Assembly: GCA_039811685.1 (NCBI GenBank)
Contig: JBDHZC010000004.1
Coordinates: 128,001 to 192,000 of the forward strand
Length of the DNA: 64,000 nucleotides
Direction: 5' to 3'
Origin: Armatimonadota bacterium
GTDB taxonomy: Bacteria; Armatimonadota; UBA5829; DSUL01
Part shown: positions 1 to 9,570 of the stretch, one piece after another
Position numbering within the stretch: position 1 is the first letter of the stretch
Layout of the letters: each line of letters opens with the position of its first letter
Position numbers and translations under genes: made by a program
The notes under the pieces: generated by a model
Seen by the model: the letters and a program-made list of their open reading frames with translations, nothing else
Database searches by the model: none
Told to the model about the DNA's origin: nothing

Positions 1-336
1 TTTGCAGGGATTTCACTCACACAAGCTCCGTACGAGGAAGAGTCAGCTCAGTGGTGTCACTGTGCCTCTATGACCAGGAACGACGAGTGGATGTGCAACT
101 GTGCAACGAACGCTTGTTTGTATTCACGAACACATGTACTGTGTAGATGTACAACGGAGAAATAATAAGAAAAATTAACAGGAAAAGGGCTTGACATTGA
201 TAATACAGTTCTTGTAACCTATGGCCATCAGAGTTCAGCGGATGTTGGACGGAGATAACATTCAACTGAGTTGCTAGCCTTTCCGCGAACTTTGAGCGAA
301 GCGAAGAGTCGGCATGGGAAGATTTTCGGCGGTCAA

Positions 337-819
337 ATGATGTCCCGCGTAGTAGGTCCTTCTACTCACAATTTGGATTCTGACGATCGTCTGATCATTC
401 CGCAAAGGATGAGAGGGTTGCTGGGTTTCAGCTTCTACCTCACAAGAGGCGTCGAAAAGTGCCTGTGGATGCTTCCGGAGCACGTTTTCGACTCCGTCGC
501 CAGAAAATGGGACGACGACATGTCTCTCTTGGACCGTAACAGCAGGATGCTGGGCTGGCGCTTTTTCGGCCAGGCGGTCCATGTCCAGCCGGACAAACAG
601 CATCGCATCGTAATTCCCGCAGAACTCAGAGAGTCTGTGGGCATCTCTCAGGGCCGGCAAATTCTTGCCCTGGGTGTGCTCAATCGGGTTGAGTTGTGGG
701 ATCTGGAAACCTGGCGCGAACATGAGGCTAAGCTCGATGAAGAGCAGCTCCAAAGCGCCATTGACGCTAAATACAAAGTCGAGACGCCTTCAGCCGCTGT
801 TAGCGCCGCAGGACTCTAG
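337..819 (+). CDS. mraZ: Division/cell wall cluster transcriptional repressor MraZ
   Basis: Two SpoVT/AbrB-like repeats (LDSDDRLIIP; PDKQHRIVIPAELR...GVLNRVELWD); first gene before rsmH. Start moved to ATG 337. Confidence 0.9.
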   Translation: MMSRVVGPSTHNLDSDDRLIIPQRMRGLLGFSFYLTRGVEKCLWMLPEHVFDSVARKWDDDMSLLDRNSRMLGWRFFGQAVHVQPDKQHRIVIPAELRESVGISQGRQILALGVLNRVELWDLETWREHEAKLDEEQLQSAIDAKYKVETPSAAVSAAGL

Positions 820-1764
820 ATGTGCAGCGCGGACGCCCCTGTCTTTGATGAGTCAGGGAGCGCAGGGGCACAGGCGTTTCATACTCCCGCTATGCAGGAG
901 GAGGTTGTCGCCTTTCTCCTCCCGGGTGGCGGGGGCATTTGGGTGGACAATACACTCGGCGGTGGCGGGCATGCCAGTCTTATCTGTGCTCGACTATCAC
1001 CAGATGCCATCTTTATCGGCATCGACAGAGACCCTAGAGCTCTGGAAGCCGCCGGTGTCGCCCTCCGTTCAGCCAAATGCCGGGTATTCCTGCGCCGCGC
1101 GCATTTTGCGGATGCCGCAGGTGTAATTGACGATGTGAGACGCCAGCTCGGGGAGATGGAAGCCCCGGTGAGAGGCGCGTTGTGGGATCTGGGCTTGTCC
1201 AGCGATCAGATTGATCGAGGGGAAGGATTCTCCTTTGCCGATCGCAGCGCAAAACTGGACATGCGCCAGGATCCTGATCAGACCGTGACGGCTGCCGCAG
1301 TTCTTAATGAAACGCCAGAGCGGCAGTTAGCTGATCTGATCTATCAGAACGCAGATGAGCGGTTATCCCGCAGGGTGGCCGCCGGTATCGTCAAGGCCAG
1401 GCCGCTTACGACGATGGGAGAGCTTGTGGATGCGGTGCTCAGGTCGCTTCCCCGGGATTATCGCCAGAAAGACGATGTTCTCAGGCGTACGTGCCAGGCT
1501 GTTCGAATAGCAGTCAACGGGGAGTTTGACCAGTTGCAGCAGTCGCTGGCAGATCTCGGTGGTCTGCTGGTCAAGGGTGGCAGGCTTGTTGTCCTGTCCT
1601 ATCACTCAGGCGAGGATCGCCTGGTGAAGAGGTTTTTCCGGCAAGGGCGTATCGATGGCACTCTGGAAGTGCTCACGCCAAAGCCGATGCGGCCGGATCG
1701 AGCGGAAATACGGGAGAACTCCCGCGCTCGAAGCGCTCGATTGAGGGCGGCGCAGAAGCTGTAG
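820..1764 (+). CDS. rsmH: 16S rRNA m4C1402 methyltransferase RsmH
   Basis: HTPAM, DNTLGGGGH, DLGLSSDQ, LDMR, SYHSGEDRLVK, NSRARSARLR motifs. Confidence 0.95.
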   Translation: MCSADAPVFDESGSAGAQAFHTPAMQEEVVAFLLPGGGGIWVDNTLGGGGHASLICARLSPDAIFIGIDRDPRALEAAGVALRSAKCRVFLRRAHFADAAGVIDDVRRQLGEMEAPVRGALWDLGLSSDQIDRGEGFSFADRSAKLDMRQDPDQTVTAAAVLNETPERQLADLIYQNADERLSRRVAAGIVKARPLTTMGELVDAVLRSLPRDYRQKDDVLRRTCQAVRIAVNGEFDQLQQSLADLGGLLVKGGRLVVLSYHSGEDRLVKRFFRQGRIDGTLEVLTPKPMRPDRAEIRENSRARSARLRAAQKL

Positions 1765-1906
1765 GGAAGCGTTTTCAAGCAGGCCAGTTGGCAACTGCAA
1801 TTGAGAGGATTCGCGCTGATAGGGATGTCGGCGGCCACGCAATTTAGCGCGGCAGTTCTGAGGAATAGCAGCCATCAGAGCTCGTGCCAGGGAGGGCTTT
1901 TTCAAA

Positions 1907-2314
1907 TTGGTAGTCACATTACCGAGATCAGAAAGCGGCGTGGGGTTTGGGGTGCGCCCGGACAGCTCCAGATTTTCAGTCCGGCGCTCCAGGGGTGGCC
2001 AGAAACTTCAGCAGTTCGTCGCCACAGCCGCCGCTGGGATCGTCTTCGTGGTTGGCTGCGTCGGGGTGCATGTTTTCGGATGCATGAACCTTGACGCAGC
2101 CGCCACAGCCAAAGCTCACAGACAAAGTGAGTTGGCCAGGCTGCAGCGCTCCAATCTGCGCCTGCAATCTCGACTCGATTCTCTCGCACATCCGGATCGT
2201 CTCTCGACAGCCGCGAAGGCTCATGGCATGACGCCTGTACAGCCTTCAAGTCTGATATCGTGTCCACCGTCAGCCAGGATGGCAAAGGCGGTGGACACTC
2301 TTTCTGGAATGTAG
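1907..2314 (+). CDS. ftsL: Cell division protein FtsL-like
   Basis: One TM helix followed by a coiled coil (ELARLQRSNLRLQSRLDSL) and 'AKAHGM'; sits between rsmH and ftsI. Confidence 0.7.
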   Translation: MVVTLPRSESGVGFGVRPDSSRFSVRRSRGGQKLQQFVATAAAGIVFVVGCVGVHVFGCMNLDAAATAKAHRQSELARLQRSNLRLQSRLDSLAHPDRLSTAAKAHGMTPVQPSSLISCPPSARMAKAVDTLSGM

Positions 2315-2331
2315 GCAGGACGCATCCTTCT

Positions 2332-4137
2332 GTGAACAGGCTGCAGGACAAGCTGTCGAGAAAGCGGGTTGGCTTCATTTGGCCTCTGATCGTAGTGTGC
2401 TACGCTCTGTTGATGGGCCGTCTGGTCTATCTTCAGACCGCTGCCGCTTCGTCGCTGCAGATGCGCGCCTCTCAGGACAGAAAGCAGGAGACGGTGCTCG
2501 CTGCCGCGCGCGGGCGAATTCTGGATCGCAATGGCAAAGAACTCGCATTCAACATGGATGAGTGCACGGTCATTCTGCATCCAGCGCTCATCAAGGACAA
2601 AGTGCGAGCAGCCGGGATTCTTGCCAGAAATGTCGGAATCTCTCAGGCGCAAGTGCTGAAGATGCTGCGCTCTGATCGGCGCTACATTAAGCTGGATGAG
2701 CCAGTCTCAGTAGAAAGCGCTGCAAAGCTGCGGCAGGACATTCTGGCGGCAGGACCGCGAGCGAAGATCAACGGCGTGGAGACACATGTCTCAAGCCGCA
2801 GAGTGTATCCGCTGGGCTCTGTATGCTCCAAACTGGTAGGAATGGTCAATTCGCGCGGAGTGGGGACAGCGGGTGTTGAGCAGTACGCCAACGGCATTCT
2901 GGCGGGTAAGCCGGGCGCTCTGTGGGGAGATTTCGACAGGAACGGACGGCCGATTCCAACCCGTATGCGCCGTACTGTTCCCGCTGAGCCCGGCAGAGAT
3001 ATTGTCCTGACCATTGACAGCCGCATCCAGTATGCTGCGCAGAAGGCGCTGAGCGCTCAGGTGGAAAAGTTCAAAGCGCGAAGTGGTACCTGTGTTGTTC
3101 TGGATCCGAAGACCGGCGAGATTCTGGCGCTTGCTGAGGCGCCGACGTTCAATCCGGACAAACTGAAGCAGGGCGACGTGGACAAGATGACTTCGCCCTC
3201 GATGATCCATCTCTTTGAGCCAGGCTCTACAATGAAGCTGTTGACAGCGGCGGCCGCTCTGAGAAATGGCCTGCAAAATGTTACGGCGACATGCACGGGG
3301 CGAATCCCGGCAGGAAGCAAGGTGATAGCGTGCCCCTGTGCGGTGAGAAGGCACGGCGGCGGGCCAGTCACAATTGCACGGATGCTCCAGTACTCGTGCA
3401 ATACAGAGTCCAGCACGCTGGCCAGGCGCCTTGGGGCCACAAAGCTGTACGACGAGCTGAAGTTCTTTGGCATTTTTGACCAGATGGAGGTGCCGGGACT
3501 TGGGAGGACCATAGGCGGGATGGCTCCAGACCCGCACAAGTATGACTGGCCGTTTCTGCGGCTTGCCAACGTGAGTTTTGGCCAGGGGGTAGCTACAACG
3601 CGTATGAATCTGGCCTGTGCCTACGGGGCAATAGCAAACGGGGGCACTCTGCTGCGCCCCCAGCTTATCAGGCAGGTCCAGTCTGCCAGCGGATCGACAG
3701 AAAAGACCTTTGCTGTCCGTCCAATCCGCCGGATTGTGACGCAGGCGCAGTCGGCCACACTGCTCCACTATCTGGAAAACACAGTTGAGGAAGGCACGGG
3801 AAAGAACGCGCGAATTGAAGGGTATCTTGTCGGCGGAAAGACAGGGAGCGCGCAGATTCCAAAGATGGGTGGGGGAGGTTTCGAGCCAGGGGCCTATTGT
3901 TCCAGCTTCATCGGCATAGCGCCGCTGGATGACCCGAGACTCACGATTCTCGTTTCACTGGAGAAGCCTCACGGCTCAACACATGGCGCAACAGTGGCCG
4001 CGCCGGTATTTCACGAAGTAGCCGCTAAAGCTCTGTGGTACGTGGGCAAAGTCGCTTCACCGAAAACCGCCGGCGCTGCGGCTTCTGGCCGGGTTTCAAG
4101 TGTAAAGTTTGGAGGGTCCGCCACCAGACAAGGATAG
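2332..4137 (+). CDS. ftsI: Class B penicillin-binding protein (FtsI/SpoVD-like)
   Basis: RGRILDRNG, R.YP.G, SxxK (STMK), SxN (SCN), KTG. The GTG 2332 start is inferred; the frame is open from 2260. Confidence 0.9.
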   Translation: MNRLQDKLSRKRVGFIWPLIVVCYALLMGRLVYLQTAAASSLQMRASQDRKQETVLAAARGRILDRNGKELAFNMDECTVILHPALIKDKVRAAGILARNVGISQAQVLKMLRSDRRYIKLDEPVSVESAAKLRQDILAAGPRAKINGVETHVSSRRVYPLGSVCSKLVGMVNSRGVGTAGVEQYANGILAGKPGALWGDFDRNGRPIPTRMRRTVPAEPGRDIVLTIDSRIQYAAQKALSAQVEKFKARSGTCVVLDPKTGEILALAEAPTFNPDKLKQGDVDKMTSPSMIHLFEPGSTMKLLTAAAALRNGLQNVTATCTGRIPAGSKVIACPCAVRRHGGGPVTIARMLQYSCNTESSTLARRLGATKLYDELKFFGIFDQMEVPGLGRTIGGMAPDPHKYDWPFLRLANVSFGQGVATTRMNLACAYGAIANGGTLLRPQLIRQVQSASGSTEKTFAVRPIRRIVTQAQSATLLHYLENTVEEGTGKNARIEGYLVGGKTGSAQIPKMGGGGFEPGAYCSSFIGIAPLDDPRLTILVSLEKPHGSTHGATVAAPVFHEVAAKALWYVGKVASPKTAGAAASGRVSSVKFGGSATRQG

Positions 4138-4169
4138 GAACTTGTTTAGTATTTCGGCACCCTCCTTCA

Positions 4170-4244
4170 GGGACCGCGCGCCATAGCAGGAAAGGGGAAC
4201 TTGGGCGAGTCCTTTTCTTTGCTGCGCGGTCCCTTTTTTCTTTT
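4170..4244 (+). terminator. Long hairpin plus U-tract between ftsI and murE
   Basis: gggaccgcgc (4170-4179) pairs with gcgcggtccc (4224-4233); inner agcaggaaagggga/ccttttctttgct; followed by ttttttctttt. Confidence 0.6.
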
Positions 4245-4321
4245 ATAATGCACAGTGCCTGTCCATGTCCCAAGTTGCTGGAAAACCGCGGACTGGCGAG
4301 CAGGCGAGAAGCGGAGTCGAG

Positions 4322-5830
4322 ATGGACACACGGGAAATTGCGGATGCTTTACCAGGCGCAAGGCTGGTCGCTGGCGGCGGGCGCACAGTCCTGTCTGTTA
4401 CGTACGATTCACGCAAAGTCGGTCCTGGGACGCTCTTTGTAGCTCTACGAGGAGCGCGTGTGGACGGCCACCGTTTCCTTGCGCAGGCTGTGGCGCAGGG
4501 AGCCTGCGCCGTTCTCGTAGAGGACACCACCGGCGTATCTGCGTTCGATGTAGATGTGATTCAAGTAGCCGATACCAGGGTGGCTCTGGCCCAGGCGGCT
4601 GTGCGCTTTTATGGCAACCCATCTGAGCGGCTGCAGATATTTGCCGTGACAGGCACCAACGGAAAGACCTCTACAACTTACCTGATTGACAGTGTTCTCA
4701 GGGCCGCTGGCAGGACGACGGGTGTTATCGGCACACTTGGCGCCAGAGTCGGCAATGAGCATATTTCCATCGCTCACACAACGCCCGAGTCCTCAGATCT
4801 TCAGCAGCTTCTGGCTCAGATGGTGAGCTCTGGTGTAGAGTCCGTAGCTATGGAGGCCAGCAGCCACGCCATTGCTCAGCACCGCATGGACGGCGTCTGC
4901 GTTGACACCGCGGTCTTCACAAATCTAACTCAGGATCATCTGGACTATCACCGAAGCATGGAAGCGTACTTTGCTGTAAAAGCGGAGTTGTTCACCAGCT
5001 TCGCTGAACGATCGGGTAAGGACTTTGCTTCCGTCATCAATGTGGATGATGAGTGGGGCAGAGAGCGCCTCTTGCCCGTTGCCCGCGGACGTATCTGCTC
5101 CTATGGTAGCGCGCCTGATGCCCTCTACCATTTTTCGAATGTGCGATCTGGGACGTCCGGCGCGAGCTTCTCGCTGCACTGCCCTCAGGGCTCTGCTCGC
5201 ATCGAACTTCGCCTGGGCGGGTTCTTCATGGTGTACAACGCCCTGGCCGCCGCAACGGCCTGCCTCGATCGCGGTATTCCGCTGGATACTGTCCGCTCCG
5301 GACTTGAGCAGGTACAGGGAGTGCCCGGCCGCTTTGAGGTGATAGAATCTGACCAGGATTTTGCTGTAATCGTTGACTATGCGCACACTCCAGATGGTCT
5401 GGAGAATGTTCTGGCCAGCGCCCGGCAGCTTGACGTCGCCCGGATTATCGCAGTGTTCGGCTGTGGAGGAGACCGTGATCCCGCCAAGCGTCCGCTGATG
5501 GGTGAAATCGCCAATCGTCTGGCTGACATCCCGATTGTAACCTCTGACAACCCTCGATCCGAATCGCCTGAGGCCATTGCGAGAGACATCCTCGAGGGAA
5601 TTCCTGCAGACGACAGGTCGCGTGTCATCGTCCAGCTTGACCGGCGAGCAGCCATCGAAGAGGCCTGTCGCCTGGCGCGCCCGGGGGATGTGGTCGTCAT
5701 AGCGGGAAAAGGCCACGAAGCGTATCAGATATTTGCTGATCGCACACTCGATTTTGACGACCGTCTGGTTGTTAAAGAAGTACTACAAAAGCTGGACGTA
5801 GTTGAACAAAAGGATGCTCTGAGGCGTTGA
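4322..5830 (+). CDS. murE: UDP-MurNAc-tripeptide synthetase MurE
   Basis: TGTNGKTS, TTPES, MEASSH, DHLDYH, DYAHTPDG, DNPR (meso-DAP-type), GKGHE. ATG 4322 follows GGAG. Confidence 0.95.
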   Translation: MDTREIADALPGARLVAGGGRTVLSVTYDSRKVGPGTLFVALRGARVDGHRFLAQAVAQGACAVLVEDTTGVSAFDVDVIQVADTRVALAQAAVRFYGNPSERLQIFAVTGTNGKTSTTYLIDSVLRAAGRTTGVIGTLGARVGNEHISIAHTTPESSDLQQLLAQMVSSGVESVAMEASSHAIAQHRMDGVCVDTAVFTNLTQDHLDYHRSMEAYFAVKAELFTSFAERSGKDFASVINVDDEWGRERLLPVARGRICSYGSAPDALYHFSNVRSGTSGASFSLHCPQGSARIELRLGGFFMVYNALAAATACLDRGIPLDTVRSGLEQVQGVPGRFEVIESDQDFAVIVDYAHTPDGLENVLASARQLDVARIIAVFGCGGDRDPAKRPLMGEIANRLADIPIVTSDNPRSESPEAIARDILEGIPADDRSRVIVQLDRRAAIEEACRLARPGDVVVIAGKGHEAYQIFADRTLDFDDRLVVKEVLQKLDVVEQKDALRR

Positions 5831-7206
5831 CGCCCATGTCCCTGCAAGAACTGGCGGAGTTGTCTGGAGGAGTCGTCGCAGGCGGATCTTCGGCGCAGGC
5901 AGTTTTCGGGTTGGTTACGGACTCGCGCACCGTTGGGCCGGGTGAGTTATTCATTGCACTGCGGGGCCCGAACGCGGATGGACACAGTTACGTTCAAGCC
6001 GCTCTTGACCGGGGCGCGGCGGGAGTTATGGTAAGTCGGGCGTGGTATGAACAGCAGGGGTCTGTTCCAGGAACCTGTTTAGCGGTTGAAGACCCACTCG
6101 AAGCGCTGGCGCAGATGGCGGGCGCCTACCGTAGACGTTTTGACATTCCCGTAGTCGGTGTCACCGGCAGCATGGGCAAAACCAGTACGCGGGAGATGCT
6201 GGGCTCTGTCTTGCGCAGTGCGCGCCACCCGCTCATCAGCCAGGCCAATTTCAACACAGAGATCGGACTGCCGCTGACTCTGATGGACCTAAACGAAGGA
6301 CACGATGTCGCAGTGCTTGAGATGGCAATGCGTGGCCGCGGCCAGATTGCTCAGTTGTGTGAAATTGCCCGGCCCACGGCTGCGCTCATCACCAATATCG
6401 GCCTCACGCATGTAGAGCTTCTCGGGTCGCAGCACAGTATCGCCGAAGCCAAAGCAGAGCTTCTCGATAGTCTCCCCGGGAGCGGGTGGAGTGTTCTGAA
6501 TGCGGACGACGGCTATTTTGAGTTTCTAAAGAAGCGTGCTCCGGGACCCGTCATCAGCTTTGGCCTGTCGGAGAAGGCGGACTTTCGAGGAGTTGAAGTG
6601 TCTCTGCGCGAGGATGGGTGCGCGCGGTTTGTTCTGCAGGCTCGTGGCGAATCTGTACCCGTGGAACTCAACGTCCCGGGAGATTTCCACGTGCTCAACT
6701 CTCTTGCGGCAGTGGCGGCGGCCGGCCGCTTCGGCGTGTCGCTACGTCAGGCGGTTCAGGCTCTCCAGAATTATCGCGGTTTTGAGAAGCGCACCAGCGT
6801 GCGAGACTCGAGGGGTGGCTGGAAAGTGTTTGACGACACATACAACGCCAGCCCTCCCGCAATGACGGGAGCGCTCCGGGCGCTTGCAGCCATGGCAGCC
6901 AAGGGACGGAAAATCGCGGTGCTCGGGGATATGCGCGAGTTGGGCGATCATACAGACAGCGCCCATCGCTCAATTGGCGCGCTGGTGTCTGAGCTGAAGC
7001 CTGACATTCTGGTTACCGTGGGCGACTCTGCGGCGCTCATTGCCGACGTTGCTCAAGAGCTTGGGTACGACCAGCCCGTCATGCGCCATTCAACCAGTGA
7101 ACAAGCGTCAGACTTGGTTGCGTCTGTCGTCCGACCGGGAGACATTGTACTGGTCAAGGGTTCACGCGCGCTGGAAATGGAGAAGGTTGTTGAGCGGCTT
7201 CAGTAA
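5827..7206 (+). CDS. murF: UDP-MurNAc-pentapeptide synthetase MurF
   Basis: TGSMGKTS, NFNTEIGLP, DTYNASP, LGDMRELG, LVKGSR. Confidence 0.95.
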   Translation: MTPMSLQELAELSGGVVAGGSSAQAVFGLVTDSRTVGPGELFIALRGPNADGHSYVQAALDRGAAGVMVSRAWYEQQGSVPGTCLAVEDPLEALAQMAGAYRRRFDIPVVGVTGSMGKTSTREMLGSVLRSARHPLISQANFNTEIGLPLTLMDLNEGHDVAVLEMAMRGRGQIAQLCEIARPTAALITNIGLTHVELLGSQHSIAEAKAELLDSLPGSGWSVLNADDGYFEFLKKRAPGPVISFGLSEKADFRGVEVSLREDGCARFVLQARGESVPVELNVPGDFHVLNSLAAVAAAGRFGVSLRQAVQALQNYRGFEKRTSVRDSRGGWKVFDDTYNASPPAMTGALRALAAMAAKGRKIAVLGDMRELGDHTDSAHRSIGALVSELKPDILVTVGDSAALIADVAQELGYDQPVMRHSTSEQASDLVASVVRPGDIVLVKGSRALEMEKVVERLQ

Positions 7207-8185
7207 GGCGGCGTACTTCCTGCCACTGGTGGTCTTTGTCATTACTGTCTTGATCGTGCCATCCGGAGTTCAGTGGTTGAAGCGGTTGAACTTCGGGCAG
7301 AACATCCGGGAAGACGGCCCTCAGTCGCACATCGGGAAAAAGGGCACGCCGACTATGGGTGGCATTCTCTTCATTCCTGTGGGTGTGGCCGCAACCGTCG
7401 CGGCCGACCACCTGATGCCTGGCTCAAATCCCGCCGCTGTGCTTCTGTTATCGGCTTTTGCGCTTGGCGGCCTGTTTATCGGTTGGTTAGACGATTATCT
7501 GAGCATTAAGCGTGGCAAATCGTTGGGGCTTAAGGCGCGGCAGAAGTTGATCATGCAGATAGTTCTCTGTGCTCTCTTTCTGTTTGGCGCCAGTCGTGTG
7601 GGCCCCGCGGAGCGCCTTGCCATCCCGGTAGCGGTCGAGAGTGCGTTTTCGTGGTATCACTGGCTTGTTCTTCTCATAATCTGCGTGTGGCTCATCAACG
7701 CCGCCAACATTGCGGATGGGCTGGACGGGCTGGCAGCAGCGCAAGGGGTCGTGGCAATTCTTTCAATTCTCTTTGGTGTCTGGGCGCTCAGTGGAGGCCA
7801 TCCTCAGACAGTGATTATGCCTGTGTGCATGATCGGAGCTCTTCTGGGTTTCTTGTGGTTCAACGCACCGCCAGCGCGGGTTTTCATGGGGGATACTGGG
7901 TCAATCGCTCTGGGCTGTTTTGTGGCCGGGTATGGACTGCTGAGCGCCCCCGTGAGCATCGTCCTTCTGGCCACAGCCGTATGGTCGCTGGAAGCTCTGT
8001 CTGTTGTTGTGCAGGTCAGCTATTTCAAGTTGACACATGGAAAGCGCATCTTTCGAATGGCGCCAATCCACCATCACTTTGAGCTTTGCGGTTGGCCTGA
8101 GACCCAGGTAACGGTGCGCTTTGTGATTGCGTCAATCGTTCTGGGCATTTTGGCACCAATGGCGCTGGCGGGCATCGCCAGATGA
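7190..8185 (+). CDS. mraY: Phospho-MurNAc-pentapeptide transferase MraY
   Basis: KKGTPTMGG, DD, NIADGLDGL, FMGDTGS, MAPIHHHFE. TTG start inferred from upstream GGAG. Confidence 0.95.
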   Translation: MSGFSKAAYFLPLVVFVITVLIVPSGVQWLKRLNFGQNIREDGPQSHIGKKGTPTMGGILFIPVGVAATVAADHLMPGSNPAAVLLLSAFALGGLFIGWLDDYLSIKRGKSLGLKARQKLIMQIVLCALFLFGASRVGPAERLAIPVAVESAFSWYHWLVLLIICVWLINAANIADGLDGLAAAQGVVAILSILFGVWALSGGHPQTVIMPVCMIGALLGFLWFNAPPARVFMGDTGSIALGCFVAGYGLLSAPVSIVLLATAVWSLEALSVVVQVSYFKLTHGKRIFRMAPIHHHFELCGWPETQVTVRFVIASIVLGILAPMALAGIAR

Positions 8186-9570
8186 TGAGTCTCGGTGGGA
8201 AAGGACTCCTTGTTGCGGGAGTTGGCGCGACGGGAAAAGCAGTGGCAAAAGCCGGGGATGTGCTCGGAGCGCGGGTGTTTGTCTGTGACGACACTCCGGA
8301 GAAGCTCGAAAACGCTTTAGCAGAACTTGCCCCGTTGGGCGTGTCCGCGCTGAGTCGTGAGGAAGTCCTGACGAGTGAGTTCGACCTGTGCGTCGCCAGT
8401 CCGGGCATCCCTCCCACCCATGAGCTTCTGCGTTCTCTGGAGAGACGCGGTGTGCCTGTTATTTCAGAGATAGAGCTGGCGTGGCAGCTCTCCAAAGCGC
8501 CAGTTGCAGCCATCACCGGTACTAATGGCAAGTCCACGACAACAGTCCTTGCCGGAAAGATGATGGAAGCTGCCGGGCGCAAGACCTACATTGGTGGCAA
8601 TCTCAGTGCTGAAGGCTATGACCTTCCGCTCATAAGCGCCGCTCTGGAAGCACAATCTGGCGACGTGCTCGTCGCTGAGGTCTCCAGCTTCCAACTCGAG
8701 CGCTGTTACCAATTTCGCCCTGTAGTGGCTGCCCTGCTCAACATCACCCCGGACCATTGCAACCGCTACGACTCGCTGGAAGATTATGCGCAGGCCAAAA
8801 TGCGGATGTTCCAGGCGCAAAGCCCCGCGGACGTTGCGGTGCTGGGTTGGGACGACGATCTCGTCCGCAGATTGAGCGAGCAAATCCCTTCCCGAAAGCT
8901 CTGGTTTTCATCGCAGTCCGAGGTAGCGGAAGGAGCCTTTCTCCGTGGTGAGGAGCTCATCCTGCGAACTCACTCGCAGGAGAAAACTATCGCCCTGACG
9001 TCGGAGATGAAAATGTGGGCGCAGTATGATTGGAAGAATACTCTGGCTGCTGCGTGTATCGCCTGTGGGATCGGCGCTCCAATCGAGGCTGCGCGCACAG
9101 TCGCTGTGAGCTTTGAGGGACTTCCCCACAGGATGGAGGATTGTGGTAGTATTGGCGGTGTCCGGTGGTTCAATAATTCGATGTGCACAAATCCGGCTGC
9201 GGGGAGTAACGCAGTCCAGGCTGTAGCCAGAGAGTTTCCGACCATTGTCATCGCTGGAGGCGCCCAGAAGGGTCTGGATTACGCAGATTGGGGGTGCGAC
9301 GTTGCGCGCGCCGCCAAAGCGTTGATCCTGATCGGACAGGACTCTGGCATACTGGCTGAAGCCGCCAATCAGGCCGGTATGAGAGATGTCCGCAAAGTGG
9401 CTGACCTGAAGGCGGCCATGGAGTTGGCTCGCACGAAGGCTCAGCCAGGCGACGCAGTCTTGATGGCGCCGGCTATGGCCAGTTTCGATAGCTTTACGAA
9501 CTTCCGGGAGCGTGGCCAGAAATTCAAAGAGATTTGTGAGTCTTTTCGCACGGAGGCGAACAGTGTCTGA
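8182..9570 (+). CDS. murD: UDP-MurNAc-L-Ala:D-Glu ligase MurD
   Basis: ITGTNGKSTT, EVSSFQLE, LPHRME, PAMASFDSF.NFRERG. Confidence 0.95.
   Translation: MMSLGGKGLLVAGVGATGKAVAKAGDVLGARVFVCDDTPEKLENALAELAPLGVSALSREEVLTSEFDLCVASPGIPPTHELLRSLERRGVPVISEIELAWQLSKAPVAAITGTNGKSTTTVLAGKMMEAAGRKTYIGGNLSAEGYDLPLISAALEAQSGDVLVAEVSSFQLERCYQFRPVVAALLNITPDHCNRYDSLEDYAQAKMRMFQAQSPADVAVLGWDDDLVRRLSEQIPSRKLWFSSQSEVAEGAFLRGEELILRTHSQEKTIALTSEMKMWAQYDWKNTLAAACIACGIGAPIEAARTVAVSFEGLPHRMEDCGSIGGVRWFNNSMCTNPAAGSNAVQAVAREFPTIVIAGGAQKGLDYADWGCDVARAAKALILIGQDSGILAEAANQAGMRDVRKVADLKAAMELARTKAQPGDAVLMAPAMASFDSFTNFRERGQKFKEICESFRTEANSV

Noticed and set aside
50..110. MraZ-binding direct repeats (GTGG/tgtgcaac x2)
   Set aside because: Spacing is not the regular 10-bp array expected, and the repeats are far from the likely promoter; could be chance
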